From Bacteroidota bacterium (GTDB taxonomy: Bacteria; Bacteroidota; Bacteroidia; Chitinophagales; Chitinophagaceae): a stretch of 64,000 bases of DNA. The notes below the pieces were generated by a model, which had not been told where the DNA came from, ran no database searches, and saw only the letters and a program-made list of their open reading frames with translations. Of this stretch, positions 41,320 through 51,867 are shown piece after piece. Positions within the stretch are counted from its first letter, which is position 1, and every line of letters begins with the position of its first letter. Location of the stretch: contig JAPLEP010000007.1 in NCBI GenBank assembly GCA_026391155.1, positions 1,119 through 65,118 of the forward strand. The letters run 5' to 3'. The translations under genes and the position numbers were made by a program.

Positions 41320-43008
41320 ATGAGCCAAACCAAACAACCCACCAATACAGGCGCATTGTCTACGCTTGTTGTGGTATTCTTTTTCTGGGGCTTTATTGCT
41401 TCAAGCAATAGTGTTTTTATACCCTTCTGCAAACACAAATTTCATTTAGATCAATTCCAAAGTCAATTGGTTGACTTTGCATTTTATCTAGCCTATTATA
41501 TTGGGGCACTTGGTCTATTTGCTTTTGGCGCTTTTGGAGGCAAAGATTTGGTAGGCAAATGGGGTTATAAAAAAAGCATTGTGTATGGCTTGTTGTTTTC
41601 CGCTATTGGCGCTGCCGCCATGATTATTGCAGTCAATGCCAATACGTTCACTGGTATGCTAGTGGGCTTATTTATTGTTGCCTTAGGTTTCTCTTTACAG
41701 CAAACTGCTGCGCAACCTTTTTCTATTGCCTTAGGTGATCCTTCTACAGGAGCTAGCCGTGTCAATTTAGCAGGTGGTATTAACTCCTTTGGAACCTCTA
41801 TTGGCCCCATTGTAGTAGCCTTTGCTTTGTTTGGAAGCGCTGCGGCCATTACCGATGATCAAATTGCTGCTTTAAGTTTGAGTAAAGTGGTGATATTATA
41901 TACTGCTGTAGGTATTTTATTTTTAGCTGCCGCAGCCATGTTTCATTTTTCTAAGAAAGTGCCTCCGGGTATTTCTGAAGAAAAAATTGAACCCGCCAAT
42001 AAAGCCTTGTTTTTATTGTTGATTATGACGGGGGTATTGATTATTATGTTTGTACCTATTTTTAGTAGTTATAAGATTGACCCTACTACCTTAACAGATG
42101 CAGGTAGACACGATTTAGAAACCATGCGTTTGAAATGGTTGTTCGGTGCTTTAGCCACAGTGGTGGTAGGTTTATTGTATGCCAACTTTAGAGCACAGAA
42201 AGATGAGAATGGTTGGGGTGCCATGAAATATCCTCAATTAGTATTGGGTATGTTGGCCCTATTTGTCTATGTAGGCGCAGAAGTTTCAATTGGTTCTAAC
42301 TTAGGAGAATTATTAAAACAAGCCGATTTTGGTAGTATCCCTTCCTCTAAAATTGCTCCTTATATTTCAATGTATTGGGGCAGTATGATGATTGGCCGTT
42401 GGGCTGGCGCTATTTCTGCTTTTGAATTTAAAAGTAAAACGAATAAAATATTAACAGTAATTGTTCCTTTGGTTGCGTTTGGTATTGTGATTGGGGTCAA
42501 TAGCATTGCCCAATATGACATGAGTCCATTGTACATGTATATCGTATGTATATTTATTCAAATTGCGGCTTTCTTCTTAAGTCAAGACAAACCTGCTAAA
42601 ACATTATTGATCTTTAGTTTAATTGGTTTAGTCTCTATGTTGATTGGCGTATTCACTAAAGGCAATATTGCGATTTATGCTTTCTTAACAGGTGGAATTG
42701 CTTGTTCCATTATGTGGCCTTGTATTTTTGCCTTATCTATTGCAGGTATCGGCAAATACACCACACAAGGTGCAGCCTTTTTAATTATGATGATTCTTGG
42801 TGGTGGCATTATCCCTCCTATACAAGGTAAATTGTCTGACTTCTTACAATCTTCTCATTTAGATACCCCAGGATATGGTATTCACAATTCCTTCTGGGTG
42901 CCTGTTTTCTGCTTTGCTTATATTTTAATATTTGCAATTGCAGTAAAAGGCATCTTAAAGAAACAAGGCATCAATTACGAGGAAACCGAAGTGGCAGCTG
43001 GACATTAA
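41320..43008 (+). CDS. Glucose/galactose (FucP/GluP-like) MFS transporter
   Basis: FFFWGF, QSQLV.FAFY, LQQTAA, YVGAEV and IMWPCIF motifs; upstream of a ROK kinase. Confidence 0.85.
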   Translation: MSQTKQPTNTGALSTLVVVFFFWGFIASSNSVFIPFCKHKFHLDQFQSQLVDFAFYLAYYIGALGLFAFGAFGGKDLVGKWGYKKSIVYGLLFSAIGAAAMIIAVNANTFTGMLVGLFIVALGFSLQQTAAQPFSIALGDPSTGASRVNLAGGINSFGTSIGPIVVAFALFGSAAAITDDQIAALSLSKVVILYTAVGILFLAAAAMFHFSKKVPPGISEEKIEPANKALFLLLIMTGVLIIMFVPIFSSYKIDPTTLTDAGRHDLETMRLKWLFGALATVVVGLLYANFRAQKDENGWGAMKYPQLVLGMLALFVYVGAEVSIGSNLGELLKQADFGSIPSSKIAPYISMYWGSMMIGRWAGAISAFEFKSKTNKILTVIVPLVAFGIVIGVNSIAQYDMSPLYMYIVCIFIQIAAFFLSQDKPAKTLLIFSLIGLVSMLIGVFTKGNIAIYAFLTGGIACSIMWPCIFALSIAGIGKYTTQGAAFLIMMILGGGIIPPIQGKLSDFLQSSHLDTPGYGIHNSFWVPVFCFAYILIFAIAVKGILKKQGINYEETEVAAGH

Positions 43009-43035
43009 TTAAAATTTTAAAATTAAAATAATAAG

Positions 43036-43986
43036 ATGGATTCTTTTGTAGTGGGTGTTGATATCGGTGGTACCGGAACCAAATTTGGTATTGTAGACAA
43101 CGTAGGTAATGTTTTGTTCTCAAGTGAAATGTCGACAAAAAAACATGAGCAAGTACATACCTTCATTGATGAATTAGACGAAAAGCTAAGAGAAATAATT
43201 GAAAAAGTAGGTGGCGTGGGCCGGATCAAAGGAATTGGCGTGGGTGCGCCGAATGGCAATATTTATACGGGTACCATTGAGTATGCGCCCAATCTTCCTT
43301 GGAAAGGGATTATTCCTTTGGCTAAGATGATTCAAGACAAAACCAAATTGCCTGTAAAATTAACCAACGATGCCAATGCGGCGGCAGTTGGTGAAATGAA
43401 GTATGGCGCCGCCCAAGGCATGAAAGATTTTATCATGATTACTTTAGGCACGGGTGTTGGTAGCGGCATTGTTTCCAATGGTCAATTGATTTATGGCCAT
43501 GATGGATTCGCAGGAGAACTAGGCCATACCATTATTATTCCTGATGGAAGATTACATCCTGGTACAGGTAAAAGAGGCCCACTAGAAAGTTATGCCTCTG
43601 CTACGGGTGTTACGCTAACAGCGATTGAAATTTTACAAAAATCAGACCGTCCAAGCTTATTAAGAGCGTTGCCTACAAGCGAATTAAATTCTAAAATTGT
43701 TTTTGAAGCAGCCACTAAAGGCGATGAAATAGCCAAAGAAGTTTTTGACTACACAGGTAAAATTTTGGGTATGGCATTGGCCAATTTTGTGATGTTCTCC
43801 AGTCCTGAAGCCATTATTTTATTTGGAGGCTTAACCAAGGCGGGGGATTTAATCTTAAAACCTACGCGTGAACATTTGGAAGCCAATGTGATTGAAATAT
43901 TCCAAAACAAAGTGAAGATTTTAGTGAGTCATTTAAAAGAATCAGATGCGGCCATTCTTGGCGCTAGCGCATTAATGTGGGAATAA
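43036..43986 (+). CDS. ROK-family sugar kinase (glucokinase-like)
   Basis: GVDIGGT, NDANAAA.GE, TLGTGVG and AGELGH motifs. Confidence 0.9.
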   Translation: MDSFVVGVDIGGTGTKFGIVDNVGNVLFSSEMSTKKHEQVHTFIDELDEKLREIIEKVGGVGRIKGIGVGAPNGNIYTGTIEYAPNLPWKGIIPLAKMIQDKTKLPVKLTNDANAAAVGEMKYGAAQGMKDFIMITLGTGVGSGIVSNGQLIYGHDGFAGELGHTIIIPDGRLHPGTGKRGPLESYASATGVTLTAIEILQKSDRPSLLRALPTSELNSKIVFEAATKGDEIAKEVFDYTGKILGMALANFVMFSSPEAIILFGGLTKAGDLILKPTREHLEANVIEIFQNKVKILVSHLKESDAAILGASALMWE

Positions 43987-44000
43987 AAAAATGATACAAT

Positions 44001-44037
44001 AAAAAAAGGAGTCTCCAATTTAGGGACTCCTTTTTTT
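44001..44037. terminator. Bidirectional intrinsic terminator
   Basis: AAAAAAAGGAGTC...GACTCCTTTTTTT between convergent genes. Confidence 0.85.
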
Positions 44038-44056
44038 ATGCTTTGCTTAGCTACAA

Positions 44057-44983
44057 TTATTTATTTATCTTAAGTTCCTCTAACCATTTATTTCTGCCCC
44101 ATCCAGCAATTACATGTTTTTCTGAATGATAAGAAGAGCGAACGAGTGGCCCACTTTCTACATAATCAAACCCAAGCTCATACCCTATTTGTCTTAGTTC
44201 AGCAAACTCATCAGGATGCACAAAGCGTTGAACGGCTAAATGTTTTTTAGTGGGTTGTAAATATTGACCAAGGGTTAATACATCACAACCAACGCCTACC
44301 AATTCTTTCATGGTTTGAATCACTTCCTGCTTTTCTTCTCCAATGCCCAACATGATGCCTGTCTTAGTGCGCATGCCCCCTTTCTTTAATGTTTCTAGCA
44401 CCCCTAAACTTCTTCTATATTTTGCCTGCACTCTTACTTTCTGTGTAATGCGTTCTACGGTTTCCATATTATGACTTACTACTTCGGGTGCAGCTTCAAT
44501 GATGCGATTAATTTGCTCTTGTATACCTCTAAAATCCGGAATCAAGGTTTCTAAAGTAGTCTCAGGAGTTAATGCTTTGATGGCCTTTATGGTATTGTAC
44601 CAAATGATGGAACCTCCATCTGTTAACTCATCTCTATCTACGCTAGTTAAAACTGCATGTTTTACTTTCATGAGTAAGATGGCTTCGGCTACACGTTGTG
44701 GCTCGTCCCATTCTACCGCTTTTGGACGCCCCGTGGCCACTGCACAAAATTGACAGCTTCTTGTACAAATATTCCCCAATATCATAAAAGTAGCAGTTCC
44801 TTCACCCCAACATTCACCCATATTGGGACAGTTGCCACTTTCACAAATGGTATGTAATTTATGGGTGTCTACCAATCCACGTACATGTTTGTAACTTTCC
44901 CCAATTGGCAATTTAACCCTTAACCAATCAGGCTTTTTTATCCTTGTTTCCGATCCAGGAGCAACTATAGGTAATTCTTGCAT
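44057..44983 (-). CDS. lipA: Lipoyl synthase
   Basis: [28 protein letters not shown] and PLVRSSYH motifs. Confidence 0.98.
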   Translation of the reverse strand: MQELPIVAPGSETRIKKPDWLRVKLPIGESYKHVRGLVDTHKLHTICESGNCPNMGECWGEGTATFMILGNICTRSCQFCAVATGRPKAVEWDEPQRVAEAILLMKVKHAVLTSVDRDELTDGGSIIWYNTIKAIKALTPETTLETLIPDFRGIQEQINRIIEAAPEVVSHNMETVERITQKVRVQAKYRRSLGVLETLKKGGMRTKTGIMLGIGEEKQEVIQTMKELVGVGCDVLTLGQYLQPTKKHLAVQRFVHPDEFAELRQIGYELGFDYVESGPLVRSSYHSEKHVIAGWGRNKWLEELKINK

Positions 44984-45134
44984 ATTTATTCAATAATCAG
45001 CCACAAAAATACAAGACTTGCTCCTAAATATGCCTATAATATTGACTCATTTAATCCAAAATAAACCCATTCATCGTAAATTTACCAAAATCAACAATCA
45101 ATCCTATCTTAACGCTTACTTTAAAACTAATAAC

Positions 45135-45542
45135 ATGACAGCTACTGTTACTTACGAATCCAATTTAAGAACCACCTGCTTGCATTTACAAAGTGGCTCC
45201 CCCATTGAAACTGATGCTCCCACAGACAACAAAGGAAAAGGGGAAAGATTCTCTCCCACTGATTTAATTGCTACTGGATTAGGTGCCTGTTTGATTACTA
45301 CGATGGGTATCAAAGCAGAAAGCATGGATATTGCTTTGGATGGCGCAAAGGTTGAAGTCACTAAAATTATGGTCTCAGATCCCAGAAGAATAGGCAAAAT
45401 TATTGCGCATGTAACTATGCCAGCAGGTTTAAACTTAGACGATAAAACAAAAGAGATTTTGGAAAGAGTGGCCAGAACCTGCCCTGTGGAAAGAAGTTTA
45501 CACCCAGATCTGGAATTAGACATTGCTTTTCATTGGCAATAG
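45135..45542 (+). CDS. OsmC-family protein
   Basis: TDAP.DN.GKGERFSPTDL, ACL.TTM and CPV..SLHP motifs. Start moved to ATG 45135. Confidence 0.9.
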   Translation: MTATVTYESNLRTTCLHLQSGSPIETDAPTDNKGKGERFSPTDLIATGLGACLITTMGIKAESMDIALDGAKVEVTKIMVSDPRRIGKIIAHVTMPAGLNLDDKTKEILERVARTCPVERSLHPDLELDIAFHWQ

Positions 45543-45561
45543 TTCAACTATCATAAAGCAA

Positions 45562-46149
45562 CTAATCAATCCCTAGTTGCTTTATTTTTTGAAGCAATTT
45601 GCTCACAGGCAAGCCCATTACATTGTAAAAATCGCCTTGAATATTTTTGATGCCCACTACACCTATCCATTCTTGAATGGCATAGCCCCCTGCTTTATCA
45701 TAAGGCTGGTATTTGTCTACATAAAATTCAATTTGCGCATTGGTCAATGGATGAAATTCAACTTGAGTGATTTCACTGAATGCAATTACTTGGTCGTTAT
45801 ATAATAGCACCACACCAGTAATTACTTGATGAATACGTCCTGATAATTTTAGAAGTGAAGCCATGGCTTCTGCTTTGTTGATGGGTTTGCCAAGGATGGT
45901 TTCCTCCAAAACCACCACCGTGTCTGCAGCAATGATGCAAGTATTATGAATTTCGCCTTTGTCTTGAATTATTTTTTCTTTCACCGCCACTGCTTTATTT
46001 TTTGCAATAAAAACGGGCACTTCCTCCAAGGATAAAGTAGTTGGATAATCCTCCTCGGCCTCGGATACAATAATCTCAAAAGGCAATTCTGCCCATTCTA
46101 ATAAAGCCTTGCGTCTGGGTGATTGGGAAGCTAAAATAAATTGATGCAT
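45562..46149 (-). CDS. maf: Maf-family nucleoside triphosphate pyrophosphatase
   Basis: ILASQSPRRK, AADTVV, LGKP, DKAGGYAIQ and NVMGLP motifs. Confidence 0.95.
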   Translation of the reverse strand: MHQFILASQSPRRKALLEWAELPFEIIVSEAEEDYPTTLSLEEVPVFIAKNKAVAVKEKIIQDKGEIHNTCIIAADTVVVLEETILGKPINKAEAMASLLKLSGRIHQVITGVVLLYNDQVIAFSEITQVEFHPLTNAQIEFYVDKYQPYDKAGGYAIQEWIGVVGIKNIQGDFYNVMGLPVSKLLQKIKQLGID

Positions 46150-46155
46150 GGGCGC

Positions 46156-47091
46156 TTAAAATAAAAAGTAGAAAAATCCAATGGATAAAATACCAAACAA
46201 CATGGCCCCTTTGATCCAGGAGCTAAGTAGATTAAAATCTTTACTAGTGTATGCCTTCGGTAATTTAACTAAAACAATAATGAGTGGTGATACTATTAAA
46301 GCAAGACAATACAAAGTGGTATACCACCAGCCAAATGGAATCACCACCAACTGTATAATTAATAGCAATGCAATCACAACGATCAACCATACAGAGAGGT
46401 AAACCTTGGTTGGTTTCAATCCCCATTTAATAGGTAAGGTTTGACACCCATATTTGGCATCTCCTTCCATGTCTTCTAAATCCTTTAAAGCTTCTCTTAC
46501 TAAAGTTAAAATAAACGCAAAGGCACTGTACAATAAAGTAAGCTTGGCGAATTTAAAATTAGCGGCATTGGTAATGTCTGGATGAATAATGTCCTCCATC
46601 GTTAATTTTGAAAAATAAACTACCGCGATAGACCAAGCTGTAAGTAAAGAAATTATAATATTGCCTACTAAAAAATTCTTTTTAAAGGTGGTGCTGTAAA
46701 ACCACAACAACAATATGGCTAGTAAATTAGATAAGTGAATATGCCAATAACTTTTAAAAGGGAATATAATGGTGGATATATAAATAGCTACTACACTTAA
46801 AATCAAATGCCAAAAAATTACCCATCTTCTGCTTATATAAGCCCCCACCACTACCTTTTCGGGTTTATTGATTTGATCAATATTTACATCAAAATAATCA
46901 TTGATCATATAGCCTGCTGCTGCAATAAATGTATTGCTCACTAACATTAAATAAAAACGAAAATCAACCTCCTCTACAGATAATGGAAACAGTGGTTTGT
47001 AAATACAAAAATGAAACAAGGTTTCTGCCAATAAAATAAATAGCAAATTGGGCCAACGTATCAATCTTAAAAAATGAATCAGTAGCTTCAA
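46156..47091 (-). CDS. UbiA-superfamily prenyltransferase (DGGGP-synthase-like)
   Basis: LIRWPNL, INDYFD..ID.INKP and RE..KDLEDMEGD motifs; multiple TMs; TTG start. Confidence 0.88.
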   Translation of the reverse strand: MKLLIHFLRLIRWPNLLFILLAETLFHFCIYKPLFPLSVEEVDFRFYLMLVSNTFIAAAGYMINDYFDVNIDQINKPEKVVVGAYISRRWVIFWHLILSVVAIYISTIIFPFKSYWHIHLSNLLAILLLWFYSTTFKKNFLVGNIIISLLTAWSIAVVYFSKLTMEDIIHPDITNAANFKFAKLTLLYSAFAFILTLVREALKDLEDMEGDAKYGCQTLPIKWGLKPTKVYLSVWLIVVIALLLIIQLVVIPFGWWYTTLYCLALIVSPLIIVLVKLPKAYTSKDFNLLSSWIKGAMLFGILSIGFFYFLF

Positions 47092-47107
47092 AATATAGTT
47101 TTAAGAT

Positions 47108-47623
47108 TTATTTGGATTGGATTTGATCACTCAGATCCCAATGATCATTTAATTTTAAAGTCTTTTCAATTACTTCTCTTGCACAACCTTCCCCTCCTTT
47201 GGCAATGGCATTATAAGCGGCAATGGCTTTAATGTCTGCAGCGGCATCACTTGGACAAGCAGGTAAGCCCACCGCCTTCATGGCATCATAGTCCGGCATG
47301 TCATCTCCCATATACATGATTTGATCTAATGCAATTTTATTCAAGACCACCAATTCCTGCAATAAGGATAGTTTATCTTTCACTTTCATAAAAACTTCAG
47401 AGATCCCTAATTTTTGAAGGCGCTCTTTTACCTCCTCAGAATGACCACCTGAAATGATCCAAACTTGGTAGCCTTTTTTGATGGCCAACTGCAAAGCATA
47501 GCCATCTTTAATGTCCATCGACCTGGACATTAATCCATTGGGCATAATCAATAACTTGCCATTGGTTAAAACGCCATCGACATCAAATACAAAACATTTA
47601 ATTTTTTTAAAGGCTGCTAACAA
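47108..47623 (-). CDS. kdsC: KdsC-family HAD phosphatase (KDO-8-P phosphatase)
   Basis: FDVDGVLT, KDGYA, YMGDD.PD and GG.GCAREVIE motifs. Confidence 0.9.
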   Translation of the reverse strand: MLAAFKKIKCFVFDVDGVLTNGKLLIMPNGLMSRSMDIKDGYALQLAIKKGYQVWIISGGHSEEVKERLQKLGISEVFMKVKDKLSLLQELVVLNKIALDQIMYMGDDMPDYDAMKAVGLPACPSDAAADIKAIAAYNAIAKGGEGCAREVIEKTLKLNDHWDLSDQIQSK

Positions 47624-47653
47624 GTAGGTGATTTTTAGACTATAAATGTAAGC

Positions 47654-47893
47654 CTATTTTTGATTATCTCTCCATTCATAGACCCAGGCACTTTGGATCA
47701 TTTCCAAATGACCTTCGCTGGACTCCTCTTTCTTCCCTTCAAAATGAGGTAAAGACAAAACCCATTCTAGCAAATCGGTGAAACGAACACGGTATATTTT
47801 GGACTCGGTAAAATCATCTCCAAATTTTTCATATAATTTTTGGGCAATATCTTCATGGTCATTCCAATGGATGGGTGGTTCAAACTGGCTCAT
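47654..47893 (-). CDS. iscX: Fe-S cluster assembly protein IscX
   Basis: W.D.EDIA.KL, VRFTDL..W and LE.IQ.AW motifs; adjacent to ferredoxin. Confidence 0.9.
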   Translation of the reverse strand: MSQFEPPIHWNDHEDIAQKLYEKFGDDFTESKIYRVRFTDLLEWVLSLPHFEGKKEESSEGHLEMIQSAWVYEWRDNQK

Positions 47894-47906
47894 AGTTTTT
47901 TATTTT

Positions 47907-48242
47907 TTATTCTCCTAAAAATTGTGTTTGGTCTGGCAAATTGATTTCAATATCGCCCGAACCGGCAAGCAATTCACATTGACAGCCCAGTCTTGATTCA
48001 ATTCTTGGACTTACTGCACGATCAATAAAATCTTCTTCTTTATCTGATAATTCTTGTAAAAATTCAGCCCCTTTTTTTACATAGATATGGCAAGTGCTGC
48101 AGGCACAAACTCCACCACAATTGTGATGTAATTCAATACCAGCATCTAAGATTACTTCCAATAAACTCTGATCTGGTTTTATATTGGTTAAAGTAACTGG
48201 CGCCAATCCCTTTTGTTCAAAATTGATTTTTAATGAATACAT
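47907..48242 (-). CDS. fdx: ISC-type 2Fe-2S ferredoxin
   Basis: HNCGGVCACSTCH and SRLGCQ motifs. Confidence 0.92.
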   Translation of the reverse strand: MYSLKINFEQKGLAPVTLTNIKPDQSLLEVILDAGIELHHNCGGVCACSTCHIYVKKGAEFLQELSDKEEDFIDRAVSPRIESRLGCQCELLAGSGDIEINLPDQTQFLGE

Positions 48243-48381
48243 AAGTTCTTGATAGATTTTTGCGAAAATAACTTATATCATTCAATGCTTTTGTTTCCTT
48301 TATAATTTTCTTTATCGAAATACAAAAAAAATAGGCCCCGCCCCTGTTCTAGACTTATCTTTGCAGATAAATAATGGAATA

Positions 48382-49272
48382 ATGGCGAAGCAGGGGTTCT
48401 CTCAACGTATGTATTTACAGTATTTAAGAACAAAATTTAAAACCTTGGGATTGGTCTCTTTACCGGTAGCCGGAAAATTGGCATTTAATCTTTTCTGTAA
48501 GCCCTATCCGAAATTTAAAAAAAGAAAAGCACCTGCCATTTTTCATCAAGCTAAGACGATCCAAGTAAGTGTCAAAGGCAATGGCTTACATAATATTGGG
48601 ACCTCCACTTTAAATGGTTTTGAATGGAACCCAAATCAGCCGAATGGCAAAACAGTATTGATTGCACATGGATATGCAAGCTGTGCTTACAAATTTGAAC
48701 AGTATATACAGCCTCTTTTAAAAATGGGTTGCAAGGTAATCTGCTTTGATGCCCCTGGACACGGTTTAAGCCAAGGTAAATACATTAATATAGTCATCTA
48801 TCAAGAAGCCATCCATGAAATCATCAAAGACCATGGCCCGATTGATTATTTTATTGGACATTCCCTTGGGGCCATTACCCTAGCCATGGTGGCCGAAACC
48901 ATCTCTCATCCCATGGATCATAAATTTGTACTCATTGCCCCAGCCACTAAAACCACCACCACTTTTGAAAATTACTTTACGATGATGCACTTAAAGGATG
49001 GGGTTAGAAAGGCATTTGTTGAAGAATTGCAAAGGCATACCCATCACCCAGTCAGCTTTTTTGAAGCCGATCGTGCCCTAGAAAAATATACTGGACCTGT
49101 GCTTTGGGTACATGACCAAGAAGATCTGGTCTGTCCTTATAAAGATTTAATAGATTTTAAAAATAAAGCCGCAGAAAATATTAAATTCTTGACAACCAAT
49201 GGCTTAGGTCATAATAAAGTGTACAAAACACAGGAAGTGATTGACAAAATCATGGCATTTTTGGGTTCCTAA
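48382..49272 (+). CDS. Alpha/beta hydrolase
   Basis: HG, DAPGHG, GHSLG nucleophile elbow, HD..D and GLGH motifs; TATCTTTG promoter at 48356-48363. Confidence 0.88.
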   Translation: MAKQGFSQRMYLQYLRTKFKTLGLVSLPVAGKLAFNLFCKPYPKFKKRKAPAIFHQAKTIQVSVKGNGLHNIGTSTLNGFEWNPNQPNGKTVLIAHGYASCAYKFEQYIQPLLKMGCKVICFDAPGHGLSQGKYINIVIYQEAIHEIIKDHGPIDYFIGHSLGAITLAMVAETISHPMDHKFVLIAPATKTTTTFENYFTMMHLKDGVRKAFVEELQRHTHHPVSFFEADRALEKYTGPVLWVHDQEDLVCPYKDLIDFKNKAAENIKFLTTNGLGHNKVYKTQEVIDKIMAFLGS

Positions 49273-49417
49273 GCCCTAGTAATTTTTATTTTTTAGTCTA
49301 AAGCTCTAATATTGCATCGCGAGAAAAGAAATAGCCTCTCCAACAAAGGGTTTGCTTTTTTTTCATAATTACTTGATAATCAATTTCTAAAATATCCCGT
49401 AGGAGCGGTAGACCACT

Positions 49418-51778
49418 ATGTCAAAGAACTTATTAATTGTGGAGTCGCCTGCAAAGGCAAAAACGATCGAGAAGATTTTAGGCGAAGATTTTGAAGTGCG
49501 CAGTTGCTATGGGCACATCCGTGATTTGGAAAAAGTAGACATGGGGATAGATTTAAAAAACAAATTTGCTCCTCGTTATACTGTTCCAAGTGAAAAAGAA
49601 AAAGTGGTGAAGGAATTAAAATCCATGACCAAGAAAGCAAAAGAAGTATGGCTAGCATCGGATGAGGACCGTGAAGGAGAAAGCATTAGTTGGCATTTAG
49701 CAGAAGTTTTAGGATTAGATCCAAAGAAAACCAAAAGAATCGTCTTTCATGAGATTACAGCTCCTGCTATTAAGAAAGCAGTAGAAAATCCACGATTCAT
49801 CAATATGGATTTGGTAGATGCACAACAAGCAAGAAGAATTTTAGATAGAATTGTAGGTTTTGAATTGAGCCCTGTACTTTGGCGTAAAATTGGCATGCAA
49901 AGAAGTTTGAGTGCTGGTAGGGTTCAAAGTGTGGCGGTAAGATTAATTGCAGAAAGAGAAAGAGAAATCAATCATTTTATTCCGGAGAGTGTTTTTAAAG
50001 TTTCTGCATTATTTAGTGCGCCAGATATCAACAAGAAAAAAGTAAAATTCAAAGCAGAAGGTCCGCAAAAATTAACTACAGCTGGTGCAGCCGAAAAATT
50101 TTTAAACGAATGCAAGGGCGCAAAATATACCGTAAAAGACATTGCTGTAAAAGATGGCAAACGCACGCCCTCAGCGCCATTCACTACTTCTACCCTACAA
50201 CAAGAAGCTTCTAGAAAATTAGGTTACAGCGTAAGTAAGACGATGTTACTAGCGCAAAAATTATATGAAAGTGGTAAGATCACTTACATGAGAACAGACA
50301 GCATTAGCTTGAGTGAAACTGCGGTGGAGGCTATTAAAAAAGAAATCAATGATAGTTTTGGTGATCAATATTATCAACCAAGAAAATTCAAGAATAAAAA
50401 TGAAAATGCACAAGAAGCACATGAAGCCATTCGTCCTTCTTACATGAACGAAAGCAAAGTAGACGATCCAGATTTAAATAGATTATATGAATTGATTTGG
50501 AAAAGAACCATTGCTTCTCAAATGAGTGATGCCCAGTTTGAAAAAACAACTGCAAAAATTGAAATCTCTACCAATAAAGAAACATTAACCGCAAGTGGTG
50601 AAGTAATGAAGTTTGATGGTTTCCTAAAAGTATATTTAGAAAGCAAGGATGAAGACGAAATAGAGGAAGACAATTTGGAGGAGGGAGATGAAAGCTTATT
50701 GCCTCCTTTAGCTAAAGGACAAGTACTTGATTTTACATCTATGACCGGTTTGGAAAGATTTAGTCGCCCAGGTTCTAGATTTACGGAGGCTTCCTTAGTT
50801 AAGAAACTAGAGGAACTAGGAATTGGTCGTCCTTCTACTTATGCACCTACGATTACCACCATCATGAAGCGTAATTATGTAGAGAAAAGAGAAAAAGAAG
50901 GCATTAAAAGAATTTACCAAATTTTGACCTTAAGCAATAAAGATGAAGTTAAACAAGAATCCGCTTCAGAAATAACAGGTGCGGAGAAAAATAAGTTGTC
51001 CCCTACCGATTTAGGTTTGGTAGTAACTGATTTTTTAAAATTACACTTCTCTAAAGTGATGGATTTTAATTTTACTGCTAAAATTGAAGGTGAATTTGAT
51101 GAAATTGCTGCAGGTAAATTAAAATGGAGCGATATGTTAGCCGCTTTTTATGAGCCTTTTCATGTGACTATTGAACATACCCTTGAAACTGCAGAAAGAG
51201 CTAAAGGCGAAAGAGAACTTGGTTTTGATGCGGTAAGTGGAAAGAAAGTAATTGCTCGTATGGGCAGGTATGGCCCAATGGTTCAAATTGGCCATCAGGA
51301 TGAGGAAGAAAAACCAAGATTTGCTAAATTGAAGGCCTCCCAGAGTATTGAGACCATCAGTTTTGACGATGCCATGGAATTGTTTAAATTACCAAGGATG
51401 CTTGGCCAATTCGAAGACGAGGATGTTTCTGTAAATATTGGACGTTTTGGCCCTTATGCGGCTCATTCCAAGAAGTTCTACTCCCTCAACAAGGAAATGG
51501 ACCCCTATACGGTTACCCTCGAGGAATTGACCCCTATGATTGCAGAGAAAAGAAAGGCCAAAGATGAAAGAACCATCAAAGTATTTGAAAAAGAGAAGAT
51601 TCAATTGTTAAGAGGCCCATATGGACCATATATTAAACAAGGCTTACGTAATTTCAAATTGAGTAAGGAGCAGCAAGAGAAAGTGGAAACCTTGACCATT
51701 GAAGAAGTCAATGCAACTATTGCAGAATTAAAAGCCAATCCTCCGCGCAAGATGGCTAGAAAAAAGAAAGCATCTTAA
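49418..51778 (+). CDS. topA: DNA topoisomerase I
   Basis: IVESPAKAKTI, ASDEDREGE, SAGRVQS, ITYMRTD and GIGRPSTYA motifs; C-terminal GR(Y/F)GP repeats. Confidence 0.98.
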   Translation: MSKNLLIVESPAKAKTIEKILGEDFEVRSCYGHIRDLEKVDMGIDLKNKFAPRYTVPSEKEKVVKELKSMTKKAKEVWLASDEDREGESISWHLAEVLGLDPKKTKRIVFHEITAPAIKKAVENPRFINMDLVDAQQARRILDRIVGFELSPVLWRKIGMQRSLSAGRVQSVAVRLIAEREREINHFIPESVFKVSALFSAPDINKKKVKFKAEGPQKLTTAGAAEKFLNECKGAKYTVKDIAVKDGKRTPSAPFTTSTLQQEASRKLGYSVSKTMLLAQKLYESGKITYMRTDSISLSETAVEAIKKEINDSFGDQYYQPRKFKNKNENAQEAHEAIRPSYMNESKVDDPDLNRLYELIWKRTIASQMSDAQFEKTTAKIEISTNKETLTASGEVMKFDGFLKVYLESKDEDEIEEDNLEEGDESLLPPLAKGQVLDFTSMTGLERFSRPGSRFTEASLVKKLEELGIGRPSTYAPTITTIMKRNYVEKREKEGIKRIYQILTLSNKDEVKQESASEITGAEKNKLSPTDLGLVVTDFLKLHFSKVMDFNFTAKIEGEFDEIAAGKLKWSDMLAAFYEPFHVTIEHTLETAERAKGERELGFDAVSGKKVIARMGRYGPMVQIGHQDEEEKPRFAKLKASQSIETISFDDAMELFKLPRMLGQFEDEDVSVNIGRFGPYAAHSKKFYSLNKEMDPYTVTLEELTPMIAEKRKAKDERTIKVFEKEKIQLLRGPYGPYIKQGLRNFKLSKEQQEKVETLTIEEVNATIAELKANPPRKMARKKKAS

Positions 51779-51808
51779 TAAATCTAGCATTCAAATGTAT
51801 TGAGTTAT

Positions 51809-51839
51809 AAAAAAGGCCTCCAAATTTGGAGGCCTTTTT
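51809..51839. terminator. Bidirectional intrinsic terminator
   Basis: AAAAAAGGCCTCCAAA/TTTGGAGGCCTTTTT palindrome. Confidence 0.88.
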
Positions 51840-51867
51840 AGTATCATTAGTTAGGCTTGAAATTGAA

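Noticed and set aside
32739-51839. Shared AAGGCCTCC/GGAGGCCTT stems in two terminators as a repeat family
   Set aside because: Only a ~10-bp stem is shared and the loops differ; adequately explained as ordinary bidirectional terminators.
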